Below, one piece after another: positions 11,182 to 21,272 of a stretch of 52,325 bases of DNA; positions within the stretch are counted from its first letter, which is position 1, and each line of letters starts with the position of its first letter. The notes under the pieces are model-generated. The model did not search any database, had not been told where the DNA came from, and saw only the letters and a program-made list of their open reading frames with translations. This stretch comes from an uncultured bacterium (GTDB lineage: Bacteria; BMS3Abin14), in contig CBFDCL010000002.1 of assembly GCA_965603295.1 (NCBI GenBank), positions 1-52,325 of the forward strand, read 5' to 3'. A program made the translations under genes and the position numbers.

Positions 11182-11967
11182 ATGGATCTTGTTGAGATAA
11201 GAAAAAAGGCCAAGGGCAGGAAAAAGAACACGGACGCTCCGGCGGCCCGGAAAAAGCGGAAGGGACCGGTGAAGAGTGGTCCTGGGGACCTTGAGCAGAC
11301 CGGACCCGAGCGGGAATCACCCGATTCCGGGGAGGGGGCAGGTATCCTTCCAGGGAAGCCGGAAAAACAGGAGATCCCCCCCGTCGAGGAAGAAAAGTCC
11401 ATTGTGGTGGAAAAGGCTTCCACTGCGGATAGCCTTTCGGGTTTGGAAAGCGTCCTCATGAGGCAGCACAGGGACGAGGAGGAAGAGGAGGAGGAAGAGC
11501 AGCTTCACCTTCTCACCTTCATGCTGGGTCAGGAGGAATATGCTCTCAACATCATGGATATCAAGGAAATCATCCGGCCGAGGGAAGTCACCGAGGTTCC
11601 AAAGACACCGGATTATATTCAGGGGATCCTGTCTCTGAGGGGGACCATTATCCCGGTTTTCGATGTGGATAAGCGTCTGGGCCTGTCCATGAGGGCGCGC
11701 GACAGTGAAAACCGCATTGTCGTTGTCAAATGGCAGGAACACCTGTTTGGGCTGCTGGTCGACCGTGTGGTCCAGGTTCTGAATATCCCCATCAGCCGGA
11801 TCGATCCTCCTCCGGAGATCCTAGGGGGCGTCGAAGGGGAGTTTCTTCGGGGGGTGGGTAAACTGGACGACCGGCTGATTATCCTCTTGAACCTGGTCAG
11901 GATCCTTGCCCTCGAGGAAGTGGACCAGGCCGTGGGCGCGGAGCTTCTACCAGGCAGCCGAAAATAA
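11182..11967 (+). CDS. cheW: CheW with long low-complexity N-terminal extension
   Basis: LLTFMLGQEEYALNI, VTEVPKTPDYIQGILSLRGTIIPV, GLLVDRV, GVGKLDDRLIILL. Confidence 0.93.
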   Translation: MDLVEIRKKAKGRKKNTDAPAARKKRKGPVKSGPGDLEQTGPERESPDSGEGAGILPGKPEKQEIPPVEEEKSIVVEKASTADSLSGLESVLMRQHRDEEEEEEEEQLHLLTFMLGQEEYALNIMDIKEIIRPREVTEVPKTPDYIQGILSLRGTIIPVFDVDKRLGLSMRARDSENRIVVVKWQEHLFGLLVDRVVQVLNIPISRIDPPPEILGGVEGEFLRGVGKLDDRLIILLNLVRILALEEVDQAVGAELLPGSRK

Positions 11968-12003
11968 TTGGCCAAAGTCCCATCATTCGGAGAGGGTTCC
12001 GGC

Positions 12004-12921
12004 ATGGATTCGAGCAAGGGATCAGATACAACCAGTGTGATCGTCAAATGCTCGGGATGTGACAGGGTTTACAGGGTGCATACGGAACGCGTCCCTGCCG
12101 GTGTGTCCTCCTTTTCCTGCAGGGCGTGCGGATCCCTTCTGCCCTTCCCGTCTTCGTCTCATCCCGACGGGTCCACCGCACCGGCCGATGACGGGGCCTC
12201 CTGTATCCTCCTCGTCGTCAACGAGGAGGAACTGGCCGCGCTGATCCGGCGCATCCTTGAGACCAACGGGTACCGTGTTCTTGCGGTGTCCACGGGGGAG
12301 GCAACACTCCAGGCGATAAGGGAGAACACAGTGGACCTTCTCCTTATCAACGTTTTTCTCCCGGACATGATGGGGTTCGAGCTTTTGGACAGGATACGGC
12401 AGGAAGATGGCAGGAATGACATCCCCTCCATCCTGCTTTCCTCGGTCCATCATGCAACGAGGTACAAACGGGCCCCGACTTCCCTTTACGGGGCGAACGA
12501 CTACCTTGAGAGGCATCATCTCCCCGATCTGCTTGTCTCAAAAATCCGGCGCCTTCTCGAAGAGAGAGGCGAGGAACAAGAACCCGTGAACCCTTCCCAT
12601 ATGCCCGCCTTGAGCGACGAACAGGTTCTTCAGAGGCGGGAGCTCGAGAAGATCGAGAACAGGCCTCCGGAGACGGGGAATACCCTGGAGGAGGAGATGC
12701 TGAGGATGTGCCGTGTGATTGCCGGGGATATCGCCCTTTACAACGAGGACCTTATCCGGTCCACCGAACCCGATCAACTCCTGAATGTCCTCGGTGAGGA
12801 CCTCCGGGAAGGGGAGGCGCTCCTGGAAAAGAAGTTCCAGGGAACTTCAGGGGTTGCGGAGAGCGTTCTTCGGGAGGAGATCGAGCTTCTTCTGCGATCA
12901 AGGGGGATCGAGATCCCATGA
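12004..12921 (+). CDS. Zinc-ribbon + atypical (pseudo)receiver + conserved helical C-terminal domain protein; alternative TTG start at 11968
   Basis: CSGC...CRAC; receiver fold with LLLINVFLPDM (Asn at the phospho-Asp position); C-terminal RVIAGDIALYN segment. Confidence 0.82.
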   Translation: MDSSKGSDTTSVIVKCSGCDRVYRVHTERVPAGVSSFSCRACGSLLPFPSSSHPDGSTAPADDGASCILLVVNEEELAALIRRILETNGYRVLAVSTGEATLQAIRENTVDLLLINVFLPDMMGFELLDRIRQEDGRNDIPSILLSSVHHATRYKRAPTSLYGANDYLERHHLPDLLVSKIRRLLEERGEEQEPVNPSHMPALSDEQVLQRRELEKIENRPPETGNTLEEEMLRMCRVIAGDIALYNEDLIRSTEPDQLLNVLGEDLREGEALLEKKFQGTSGVAESVLREEIELLLRSRGIEIP

Positions 12922-14969
12922 TGGAGGTGTCTATGGGGCCGGAGGAGCGCAGGGCTCTAATCCAGCAGATGTCCTCTCCCGATGAGGAACAAAGACGCCA
13001 GGCCATGGAGCGCATCAAGGAAAACCTTGCTCCGGAGGACCTTGACTGGTTGATCGTGCCCCTGTCGGACGAGAGCTGGCGGGTCCGTAAGGAGGCCATC
13101 GAAGGCCTCTCCCGGATCCAACCGGACGAGGACCTCATCGGGCGTCTTGTTCTCCTGATGGACCCCTCCCGGGAACTTTCCCTGAGGAACTCCGTCGTGG
13201 AAGTCCTCGAGAGGATGGGGACCCTTGTGGCGCCCCTTCTTGTCGGACACCTGGGGACCGGGCAGGCGGATATAAGAAAATTCATCGTGGACATCCTTGC
13301 GAACATTGGTGATCCGTCCACATTGCCGGACCTCCTGGCTCTCCTGAAGGACCCGGGGGACAATATCAGGGCTGCTTCTGCGGAAGCTCTGGCGGCCATC
13401 GGAGACCCTTCGGTTTCCGGTGATCTGATCGCAGCTATCGAGGGTTCCGATGACTGGGTTCTTTTCAGCATCCTTGGATCCCTGGCTCAACTCGGAAGCG
13501 CGGAAGCTTTGCCGGTTTTTTTCCGGTATCTGGGAGATACGATCCTTTCCAAGCCCGCTATTACCGGTATCGGACTCCTTGGCACCGTTGGGGATGGGAT
13601 CAAACTCGTGGCGTCGATTCCCGGGCTGACCCCAGGTGCCACCAAAGCCGCTTTCACCGCCGCCGGGGAAATATACCGTCGGACTGCCATTGGGGGAGAA
13701 CTGGAAAAGGCCCGCGAACTTGCGGACGCAGTTTCCCATGCCGCGGACGAAAAAATCGGGGAATATCTTATTGACCAACTGGCCGTTTCGGAGGAGATCG
13801 AGGTGATCCGGAGTCTCATGGCTGTCCTCGGCATGATCGGAGGTTCACGGTCCCTGCAGGCGGTCCTTGCGTTGATCGAGAACGAAACCCTTCAGCCGGA
13901 CCTGGATCTGGCGATCTTTTCCATTGCCAGAAGGGATTCGGCCCTTCTTCCAGAAATGCTGACCCACAACGATCCTCTCGTCAGGAGGAAATCCGTTCAA
14001 ACCCTGGAGAGGCTGGGAAATAACGAATCCCTGCCCATCCTTTTCAGGATGCTCCATGACGAAAGCGGACACGTGAGAAAAGATGCAGCCCGGGCTGTTT
14101 CCGTCCTGGGGAACAGCGATTCGGTCAAGCAACTCTTGCCTCTCCTCGGGGACGAGTATGGAGATGTTGCTCAGTCGGCCGCGAATGCCCTGATCACCCT
14201 GGGACTGAAGTCGCCTCTGGAGGTGGACCGCCTGATCAGGCCTTTGCTGGAAAGTTCGGATGCGGATGGGAAGGTCCTCGTGCTCAAGATCCTGATGGAG
14301 ATCCGGGCACCGGGATGGCTGGAACTGTGCCTTGCCTCCACGCGGGATGAGGAACCCTCCGTCAGAACGGTTGCAGTGAAATGCCTGGGAATTTCCGGGG
14401 AACAATCCGCTGCCGGAACCATCGTGAACTGCCTCGCTGATGAGAGCCCCGAGGTCCGCGTTCAGGCCGCCATGGCCCTCGAGGTTGTCACTTCCCAGGA
14501 TGCCCTCGAGCCCCTCCGATCGGCCATCTACGACCGGGATCCCTGGGTGCGTTCGGCAGCCGTTTCCTCTTTCGGTTCCCAGCCCGGCGCTCGGCCGGAA
14601 GACCTCAGGGAACACCTGGCCGGAGACGACCTGATGATGAAAATGTCGGTGGTAGACGCGCTGGGGAAGATGGCATCCGGAGGGAAGGAAAAAGCCCTGG
14701 ACATCCTGGGTGACGTTTCCAAAAGCGGTAGCCTCGAGTTGAAAAGAAGCGTTTGCGGGATTCTGGGAGGGATTGAAAGCCCTAAAGCCCTTGATCTGCT
14801 CTTAAAAGCAATACTGGATGACGATCCCGGAATCCGGATTTTTGCGGTCCAGGCCCTTGCCCGGAAGGAAGACCCGGCAGCACGCAAAGCCCTGGCGGAC
14901 GCGGCGGGCTCAGACCCGGACAGACACGTTCGGGAAACCGCACGCTCCCACCTCGTAACGGGACAGTAG
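12918..14969 (+). CDS. HEAT/PBS-lyase repeat protein
   Basis: Many D..W.VR..A..AL-type repeats (DESWRVRKEAIEGL, DPGDNIRAASAEAL, DESGHVRKDAARAV, DRDPWVRSAAVSSF). Confidence 0.92.
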   Translation: MMEVSMGPEERRALIQQMSSPDEEQRRQAMERIKENLAPEDLDWLIVPLSDESWRVRKEAIEGLSRIQPDEDLIGRLVLLMDPSRELSLRNSVVEVLERMGTLVAPLLVGHLGTGQADIRKFIVDILANIGDPSTLPDLLALLKDPGDNIRAASAEALAAIGDPSVSGDLIAAIEGSDDWVLFSILGSLAQLGSAEALPVFFRYLGDTILSKPAITGIGLLGTVGDGIKLVASIPGLTPGATKAAFTAAGEIYRRTAIGGELEKARELADAVSHAADEKIGEYLIDQLAVSEEIEVIRSLMAVLGMIGGSRSLQAVLALIENETLQPDLDLAIFSIARRDSALLPEMLTHNDPLVRRKSVQTLERLGNNESLPILFRMLHDESGHVRKDAARAVSVLGNSDSVKQLLPLLGDEYGDVAQSAANALITLGLKSPLEVDRLIRPLLESSDADGKVLVLKILMEIRAPGWLELCLASTRDEEPSVRTVAVKCLGISGEQSAAGTIVNCLADESPEVRVQAAMALEVVTSQDALEPLRSAIYDRDPWVRSAAVSSFGSQPGARPEDLREHLAGDDLMMKMSVVDALGKMASGGKEKALDILGDVSKSGSLELKRSVCGILGGIESPKALDLLLKAILDDDPGIRIFAVQALARKEDPAARKALADAAGSDPDRHVRETARSHLVTGQ

Positions 14970-15833
14970 ATGAATTTCGGTGATGCCGATCGCATTGAGT
15001 TGTCAGACGAGGAGTTCCGGCTTCTCGCCTCTTTAGTATACGAACATGCCGGTCTGTATTTCGATGATACCAACCGTTTTCTGCTGGAAAGCAGGCTCCA
15101 GAACCGTCTGAGGGCACACCATTTTGATTCCTTCCTGAAGTATTATCATTACCTCCTTTTTCATCAGGACAGGGCTGACGAGATCAGCGCCATGCTCGAC
15201 GTGATCACGACCAATGAGACCTATTTCTTCCGGGAGAAAAACCAGCTGCTTACCCTGGCAGAGGAGATCCTGCCTGAACTGGCGAGGAGGAACGGTTCTT
15301 CCAAAAGACTCCGGATCTGGAGCGCCGGATGTTCCACAGGTGAGGAACCTTATACCCTCGCCATCCTCATCCGTGAGTCAGGGCTCTTTGACAATTCCTG
15401 GAAGGTTGATATCGTTGGGACCGACATCAGCCAGAGGGTACTGCGCACCGCGAGAAAGGCTGTTTTTTCCCAGTCATCCTTCAGGGCCACAGATGAGGAT
15501 TTCGCCACCCGTTATTTCCAGAAGATGGAGGACGGGAAATATGCCCTGGATGAATCGATCAGGTCGATGGTCCATTTCGGGAACATGAACCTCATGGACG
15601 AGAAGATGATGGGCCTTATCGGCGATTGTGACATCATCATGTGCCGGAACGTCATCATCTATTTCGACACCAGCGCCAAAGCGCGGGCGGTCAACTCGTT
15701 TTTCCGGAAACTTGTTCCCGATGGATACCTTCTCCTGGGGCATTCCGAATCCCTTATGAACATTACCACCGTTTTCCGATTGAAGCACCTCGCCAGGGTG
15801 ATGGTTTATCAGAAGCCGGGGCAGGGGGATTGA
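14970..15833 (+). CDS. cheR: Chemotaxis methyltransferase CheR
   Basis: TTNETYFFRE, WSAGCSTGEEPYT, GTDIS, CRNVIIYF, LLLGHSE. Confidence 0.97.
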   Translation: MNFGDADRIELSDEEFRLLASLVYEHAGLYFDDTNRFLLESRLQNRLRAHHFDSFLKYYHYLLFHQDRADEISAMLDVITTNETYFFREKNQLLTLAEEILPELARRNGSSKRLRIWSAGCSTGEEPYTLAILIRESGLFDNSWKVDIVGTDISQRVLRTARKAVFSQSSFRATDEDFATRYFQKMEDGKYALDESIRSMVHFGNMNLMDEKMMGLIGDCDIIMCRNVIIYFDTSAKARAVNSFFRKLVPDGYLLLGHSESLMNITTVFRLKHLARVMVYQKPGQGD

Positions 15834-16948
15834 TGAGCGGGCAGAAAAAAAGACCAAGGGACGGTGTCCGGGTCCTCATCGTCGATGACTCCGCCTATAA
15901 CCGGAAAATGATCCGGAGCATGCTTTTCGAATTGGAAGGGATTCAGACCGTTGTGACGGCGTCGGATGGGGAGGAAGCCATTCGGATAGTCATGACCGAT
16001 CCTCCGGACGCCATTACCCTTGATCTCAACATGCCCCGCATGGATGGTTTCACCTTCCTGAGATGGCTAATGAAAAACCGTCCCCTTCCGGTGATCGTGG
16101 TCAGTTCGGAGGGGGGGGAAAAGAACGTTTTCAAGGCTCTGGATCTTGGAGCCCTGGATTTCGTGCTCAAACCGGTGCGGCACGCATCCGAGAGGATCGT
16201 GGAGATCAAGGCCGAACTGCTAGAGAAGATCGGGGCGATCGCCGGCAAGGAACTCGGGCCTTACCTCAACCGGCTGAAAACCCGGAAGCATGAACCCGGG
16301 CTGCCGGAGACTGCCGAGGCACGGTCCCCAGTGAGGCATGGGGAAGGGCTGCTCGTCGTTGGGGCATCCACCGGCGGGCCTTCGGCCATCCAGCGGGTTC
16401 TTATGGAACTTCCGGCCAGCTATCCGTTCCCGGTGATCGTGGTCCAGCACATGCCTCCCGTCTTCACGCGCCAGTTTGCAATGCGTCTTGAAAGGAACAC
16501 ATCCCTGAATTGCAAGGAGGCTGAGGATGGGGACACCCTTCTGCCGGGACGGGTCCTCGTCGCTCCAGGCGGGTTTCACCTCGTCATCAGCGGTAGCGAT
16601 ACCCGTGTGGCAAAGGTGGTTCGGAAAAGAGATGGTGACCGATATGTCCCCTCGGTGGATATTTCGATGAAGTCCGCGGCCAATGCCTATGGTTCCACTG
16701 CCATAGGGGTTGTCCTTACCGGGATGGGAAGCGATGGTGCCCAGGGCCTGCTAGAGATCAGCCAGGCGGGGGGGATGACCATTGCGGAATCCGAGGAGTC
16801 TGCCGTTGTTTACGGGATGCCGAGGGCCGCTGTCTCATCCGGTGCCGCCCAGGCTGTCCTGCATCTCGACGGGATCGGCAAAAAGATCCTGAAATACTCC
16901 GTCGGTCTGACCAGCTTGAAAAATGCCAGGAGCGATGATACTAACTAA
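15833..16948 (+). CDS. cheB: Chemotaxis methylesterase CheB
   Basis: Receiver VDDS / LDLNMP; catalytic GASTGG, VQHMP, LTGMGSDG; ATG overlaps the cheR stop (TGATG). Confidence 0.97.
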   Translation: MSGQKKRPRDGVRVLIVDDSAYNRKMIRSMLFELEGIQTVVTASDGEEAIRIVMTDPPDAITLDLNMPRMDGFTFLRWLMKNRPLPVIVVSSEGGEKNVFKALDLGALDFVLKPVRHASERIVEIKAELLEKIGAIAGKELGPYLNRLKTRKHEPGLPETAEARSPVRHGEGLLVVGASTGGPSAIQRVLMELPASYPFPVIVVQHMPPVFTRQFAMRLERNTSLNCKEAEDGDTLLPGRVLVAPGGFHLVISGSDTRVAKVVRKRDGDRYVPSVDISMKSAANAYGSTAIGVVLTGMGSDGAQGLLEISQAGGMTIAESEESAVVYGMPRAAVSSGAAQAVLHLDGIGKKILKYSVGLTSLKNARSDDTN

Positions 16949-17015
16949 ACGTTCCCCTGTAATGGAACCCCACCAGGGGAGATCGATAACCCCTCGGAAC
17001 CGTTGGGAGTGCGAA

Positions 17016-17870
17016 ATGAGCTTTGACAGCAAGGACGACCATGGAAAGAATCCTGGCCTCCTGGAAAAGGGCGAGGAGTTTTTGGAGATGTTCCGGAAGG
17101 GTCAGGAATTCACCCAGGAACTTCTGAGGGACAATGAACGCCTGAGATTCCGGGTGATCCAGCTCGAGGAGAGCCTCAAGGAAAAGCTCCAGGATCCCGA
17201 TTCCGGCACCTCCGGCCCCGAGGTCGAAAAAGTAACGGACCAGCTCGTCCATTACGAGGAAAGGTTAAAGGATCTGGAGGAAAAGCTCTTTAAGGTAGAA
17301 TCCGAGAACATGGATTTCGCCAAGAGATATGTCGATGTGGAGGAACAGAATAACAACCTGGCCAACCTTTACGTGGCAAGCTACCAGCTGCATTCCACCC
17401 TCGATTATCAGGATGTTCTTCAGATCATTCTTGAGATCATGATCAACCTGATTGGAGCCGAGGTGTTTTGTATTTACCTCCTGGATAAAAAGGCGAAAAC
17501 CCTTACCCCTGAGGCCGCGGAAGGGATTTCCCCCGCGGATATCCCTCCGGCAGTCATGGGGGAGGGTTCTATTGGCCGGACGGCGCAGTTGAGCCGCAGT
17601 TATTTCAATGAAAACCCTTCGGATGACCTGAAGGACAGGCTCTCGGATCCGCTCGTATGCATTCCCTTAACGATCAAAGATGACGTTATCGGGGTGATCG
17701 CGCTTTTCCGCCTCCTGCAGCAGAAAACAAGCTTTGACCCGGTGGATTTCGAGCTGTTTACCCTTCTTGCGGGGCACGCCGCCACCGCTATCTTCAGTTC
17801 CCGGCTTTTTTCCGAGTCGAGGAGGAAACTGAGCACGTATCAGGGTTTTCTGGATCTTCTGACCCAATAG
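17016..17870 (+). CDS. Coiled-coil + GAF domain protein with no output domain
   Basis: N-terminal heptad-rich helix (ELLRDNERLRFRVIQLEE), NLANLYVASYQLHSTLD, GAF features MGEGSIG...CIPL...IGVIAL...DFELFTLLAGHAATAI; SD-like GGGAG upstream. Confidence 0.85.
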   Translation: MSFDSKDDHGKNPGLLEKGEEFLEMFRKGQEFTQELLRDNERLRFRVIQLEESLKEKLQDPDSGTSGPEVEKVTDQLVHYEERLKDLEEKLFKVESENMDFAKRYVDVEEQNNNLANLYVASYQLHSTLDYQDVLQIILEIMINLIGAEVFCIYLLDKKAKTLTPEAAEGISPADIPPAVMGEGSIGRTAQLSRSYFNENPSDDLKDRLSDPLVCIPLTIKDDVIGVIALFRLLQQKTSFDPVDFELFTLLAGHAATAIFSSRLFSESRRKLSTYQGFLDLLTQ

Positions 17871-17888
17871 AATCGAGGGGGTAATCCC

Positions 17889-18260
17889 ATGGCGACCTAC
17901 AGCTTCCTGGTTATCGAGGACTCACCCACAATGAGGCAGTTGATCCGGTTCGCCCTCAACAGGATTCCCGGTGCTGAGGTTATTGAAGCCTCGGACGGGG
18001 TGGATGGCCTCAAGAAACTCTCATCGTTTGAAGTCGATCTTATCCTCACCGACATCAATATGCCCATCATGGACGGCCTGAAGCTGGTAAACCTGGTTCG
18101 ATCCAACGATTCCTACAAGAACATCCCCATCGTTATCATCACAACGGAGGGAGCCAAGGAGGATAAGGAACGGGCAATGGCCCTCGGCGCTGATGCCTAT
18201 ATTACCAAGCCTATCCAGTCCGGGATCCTTCTCTCGACGGTCCAGGGACTCCTTAAATAG
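17889..18260 (+). CDS. cheY: Single-domain response regulator (CheY-like)
   Basis: [19 protein letters not shown]. Confidence 0.9.
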   Translation: MATYSFLVIEDSPTMRQLIRFALNRIPGAEVIEASDGVDGLKKLSSFEVDLILTDINMPIMDGLKLVNLVRSNDSYKNIPIVIITTEGAKEDKERAMALGADAYITKPIQSGILLSTVQGLLK

Positions 18261-18315
18261 GAAAGAACATCCCGGGGGTCTCAGCTGTTCACCCCGATTT
18301 GGGAGGAATACGTGC

Positions 18316-20802
18316 ATGTCCGTTCCCAGGTACACACCTCGCGATATTGAGGCCAAATGGCAGCAGAAATGGGAGGATACGACCCTGTATAGTGTCAAGG
18401 AGGACCCTGGTAAAGAAAAGTTTTACTGCCTGGAGATGTTTCCTTACCCCTCCGGCGACCTTCACATGGGTCATATGAGGAACTATGCCATTGGGGACTC
18501 CTATGCCCGTTTTTTAAGGATGAAGGGCTACAACGTCCTTTATCCCATGGGGTTTGACGCCTTCGGGCTGCCCGCTGAAAACGCCGCCATCACCCGGAAA
18601 GTCGATCCGGCAAAATGGACCCGGTCTTCCATCGGAAGAATGGTCGAGGTTCAGAAAAGGATGGGTTTCTCCTACGACTGGGGACGGACCCTTGCCACCT
18701 GCGAGCCGGAATATTACAGGTGGAACCAGTGGATTTTTCTGAAGTTCCTGGAAAAAGGCCTCGCTTACCGAAGGTCCGCACCTGTCAACTGGTGCCCCTC
18801 GTGCCAGACCGTCCTTGCAAATGAGCAGGTGGAAGGGGGCGGTTGCTGGAGATGTGCCTCCACCGTCCAGAGGAAAGACCTGGAGCAGTGGTTCTTCCGG
18901 ATCACAGCTTATGCGGACGAACTGCTGACCGACCTCGACAAGCTTGAACACTGGCCGGACCGGGTCAAGGTGATGCAGCGCAACTGGATCGGGAAGAGCA
19001 AGGGCGCCAGAATCGATTTCCAGGTCGTCGGATCGGAACAGGTGATCTCCACTTTCACCACAAGACCGGATACCGTTTTCGGGATCACGTATATGGTTCT
19101 GGCCGCCGAGCACCCTCTTTTGGCGGAACTGGTTCGGGGCACCGAGACGGAAAAGACGGTTCTCCAGTTCGCTCAAACCGTCGCTGACAGAACCCTGATC
19201 GAACGGACCGACGAAACGAAGGAAAAGGAGGGGATCGACACCGGCAGGACTTTCATCAACCCGGCCACAGGGGAGGAGTTCCCCATCTACGTGGCGGATT
19301 ACGTTGTCATGGAGTATGGAACGGGAGCGGTCATGGGCGTTCCCGCTCACGACCAGCGTGACTTCGAATTCGCCCGGAAATATGATCTTCCTGTTCGCGT
19401 GGTGATCCGGGACGAGGAAGGGGGAATGGATCCGTCGGAAATGACCAGGGCCTTCGAGGACGACGGGATCATGGTCAATTCGGGTCCCTTCGACGGGAGG
19501 AGCAATCGGGAAGCAATGCCGGACTTCATATCCTTCATGGCGGACAAGGGTTGGGGTCAGGCCGATTTGAGCTACCGTCTTCGTGACTGGCTTATCAGCC
19601 GACAGCGCTATTGGGGGACACCCATTCCCATCGTTTACTGCGATGCCTGTGGAGCCGTCCCTGTCCCGGAAAAGGATCTCCCCGTTCTTCTTCCCGAGGA
19701 TGTTCGTTTTACCGGCGAAGGGAACCCCCTTGCGACATCTCCCACTTTCATGGAAACAGCGTGCCCCTCTTGTTCTGGGCCCGCCCGCCGGGAAACCGAT
19801 ACCATGGACACTTTTATCGACTCCTCCTGGTACCCTTTCAGGTATTCGGATCCCCATTACGACAAAGCTCCCTTCGATCCTGAGAAAGCCGACTACTGGA
19901 TGCCGGTTGATCAGTATATCGGGGGTATTGAGCACGCCATTTTGCACCTGCTTTACGCGCGGTTTTTTACGAAGGGTCTCCGGGATCTGGGGCTGACCAG
20001 GGCCGACGAACCGTTTACGAGGCTCCTGACCCAGGGCATGGTTATCAAGGATGGCGCCAAGATGTCCAAATCCATGGGGAATGTGGTTCCTGCCGAGGAG
20101 ATGATGGATCGTTTCGGAGCCGACACGGCGAGGGTTTTCATCCTGTTTGCCTCTCCACCGGAAAAGGAGCTGGAGTGGAACGATCAGGGGGTCGAAGGGG
20201 CGTTCCGCTTCCTGGGCAGGGTTCACCGCCTGGTTATGGAAAATCTTTCCCTTTTCGGGGACTCGGCCGTCGAGGAATTGGGTGCGGATGAGGCCAGTAC
20301 CCAGGGCCTCCTCCATACAGGGCACAGGGTGGTGAAAAAGGTTACGGAGGATATCGAACGCCGGTTCCAGTTCAATACGGCCCTTGCGGCCATCATGGAG
20401 CTCGTAAACGAGCTGACCCGCTTCCTCTCGGAGGACGGGGCCAAAAATGGATCATCCCGGGAATTCGCCGCCAGTTCCATCCGGACCGTGATCCTCCTTC
20501 TGGCGCCGTTTGCCCCCCACCTCGCTGAGGAGCTGTGGGAAGCCGTCGGGATGGAATACAGCGTATTTCACAGCCCATGGCCCGCCTTCGACCCGGAACT
20601 GGCCGTGAGTGAACGGGTAGAAATGGTGGTCCAGGTCAACGGTAAGGTGAGGGCCCGATTTGAGGCCTCTCCCGACACCTCCGAGGAGGTTCTCAGGCAG
20701 ATAGCCCTGGACCAGCCTCGCATTAGCGAGGCGGTGGAAGGCAGGGAAATCATCAAACTGGTGGTTGTGCCAGGCAGACTGGTCTCCATCGTACTGCGAT
20801 AA
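18316..20802 (+). CDS. leuS: Leucine--tRNA ligase
   Basis: [13 protein letters not shown] (HIGH), KMSKSMGN (KMSKS), [26 protein letters not shown]; SD GGGAGG upstream. Confidence 0.98.
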   Translation: MSVPRYTPRDIEAKWQQKWEDTTLYSVKEDPGKEKFYCLEMFPYPSGDLHMGHMRNYAIGDSYARFLRMKGYNVLYPMGFDAFGLPAENAAITRKVDPAKWTRSSIGRMVEVQKRMGFSYDWGRTLATCEPEYYRWNQWIFLKFLEKGLAYRRSAPVNWCPSCQTVLANEQVEGGGCWRCASTVQRKDLEQWFFRITAYADELLTDLDKLEHWPDRVKVMQRNWIGKSKGARIDFQVVGSEQVISTFTTRPDTVFGITYMVLAAEHPLLAELVRGTETEKTVLQFAQTVADRTLIERTDETKEKEGIDTGRTFINPATGEEFPIYVADYVVMEYGTGAVMGVPAHDQRDFEFARKYDLPVRVVIRDEEGGMDPSEMTRAFEDDGIMVNSGPFDGRSNREAMPDFISFMADKGWGQADLSYRLRDWLISRQRYWGTPIPIVYCDACGAVPVPEKDLPVLLPEDVRFTGEGNPLATSPTFMETACPSCSGPARRETDTMDTFIDSSWYPFRYSDPHYDKAPFDPEKADYWMPVDQYIGGIEHAILHLLYARFFTKGLRDLGLTRADEPFTRLLTQGMVIKDGAKMSKSMGNVVPAEEMMDRFGADTARVFILFASPPEKELEWNDQGVEGAFRFLGRVHRLVMENLSLFGDSAVEELGADEASTQGLLHTGHRVVKKVTEDIERRFQFNTALAAIMELVNELTRFLSEDGAKNGSSREFAASSIRTVILLLAPFAPHLAEELWEAVGMEYSVFHSPWPAFDPELAVSERVEMVVQVNGKVRARFEASPDTSEEVLRQIALDQPRISEAVEGREIIKLVVVPGRLVSIVLR

Positions 20803-21272
20803 TGCGACGTCTAATCGTATTGACATCCATCCTGTTCTTTCTTCTGACCGTGTCGTGCGGTTATCGGTTTGTTGATCCTTTCCCGGGGAAGGGGTATGCC
20901 CTCGAGGAAGTGAGGAACGTTACCTCCGAACCGGGGCTGGACCGTATCCTGGCGCAGGGTTTTCGGGATTTCGGGTCTTTTGACCCTCATTCGAAGTATC
21001 GGCTCACGGTTGTTGTGACGCGGTTCGAGGAAACCGTTGCGGCGATCAGTTCCGGCGGAGTTCCCATCAGACAGAGCTTGAGGATGGAGGTCTCCTGGAA
21101 GGTCCAGAGTGACCGGGAATCCGAAGCGACTTTCGGCAAGGAGGCGGCAACAAAGACCTATCCCTATTCCGATGACCCCGCTACCCTGGACTGGAACCGG
21201 GCTGCGGCCCTTCGGCTCCTCGCCAACACCGCCGCCCAACAGGTTCTCGAGCGCCTCGAGGCAGCCCCCTGA
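20802..21272 (+). CDS. lptE: LPS assembly lipoprotein LptE
   Basis: Lipoprotein signal ending LTVSC-GYRF; conserved leuS-lptE-holA order. Confidence 0.8.
   Translation: MRRLIVLTSILFFLLTVSCGYRFVDPFPGKGYALEEVRNVTSEPGLDRILAQGFRDFGSFDPHSKYRLTVVVTRFEETVAAISSGGVPIRQSLRMEVSWKVQSDRESEATFGKEAATKTYPYSDDPATLDWNRAAALRLLANTAAQQVLERLEAAP

Noticed and set aside
18514-20325. 603-aa minus-strand ORF, plus other long antisense or alternate-frame ORFs (e.g. 6218-7399, 27252-28199, 29752-30678, 30666-31673, 48006-49094)
   Set aside because: They overlap well-supported genes, show no recognisable motifs, and are expected shadows of GC-rich codon usage.
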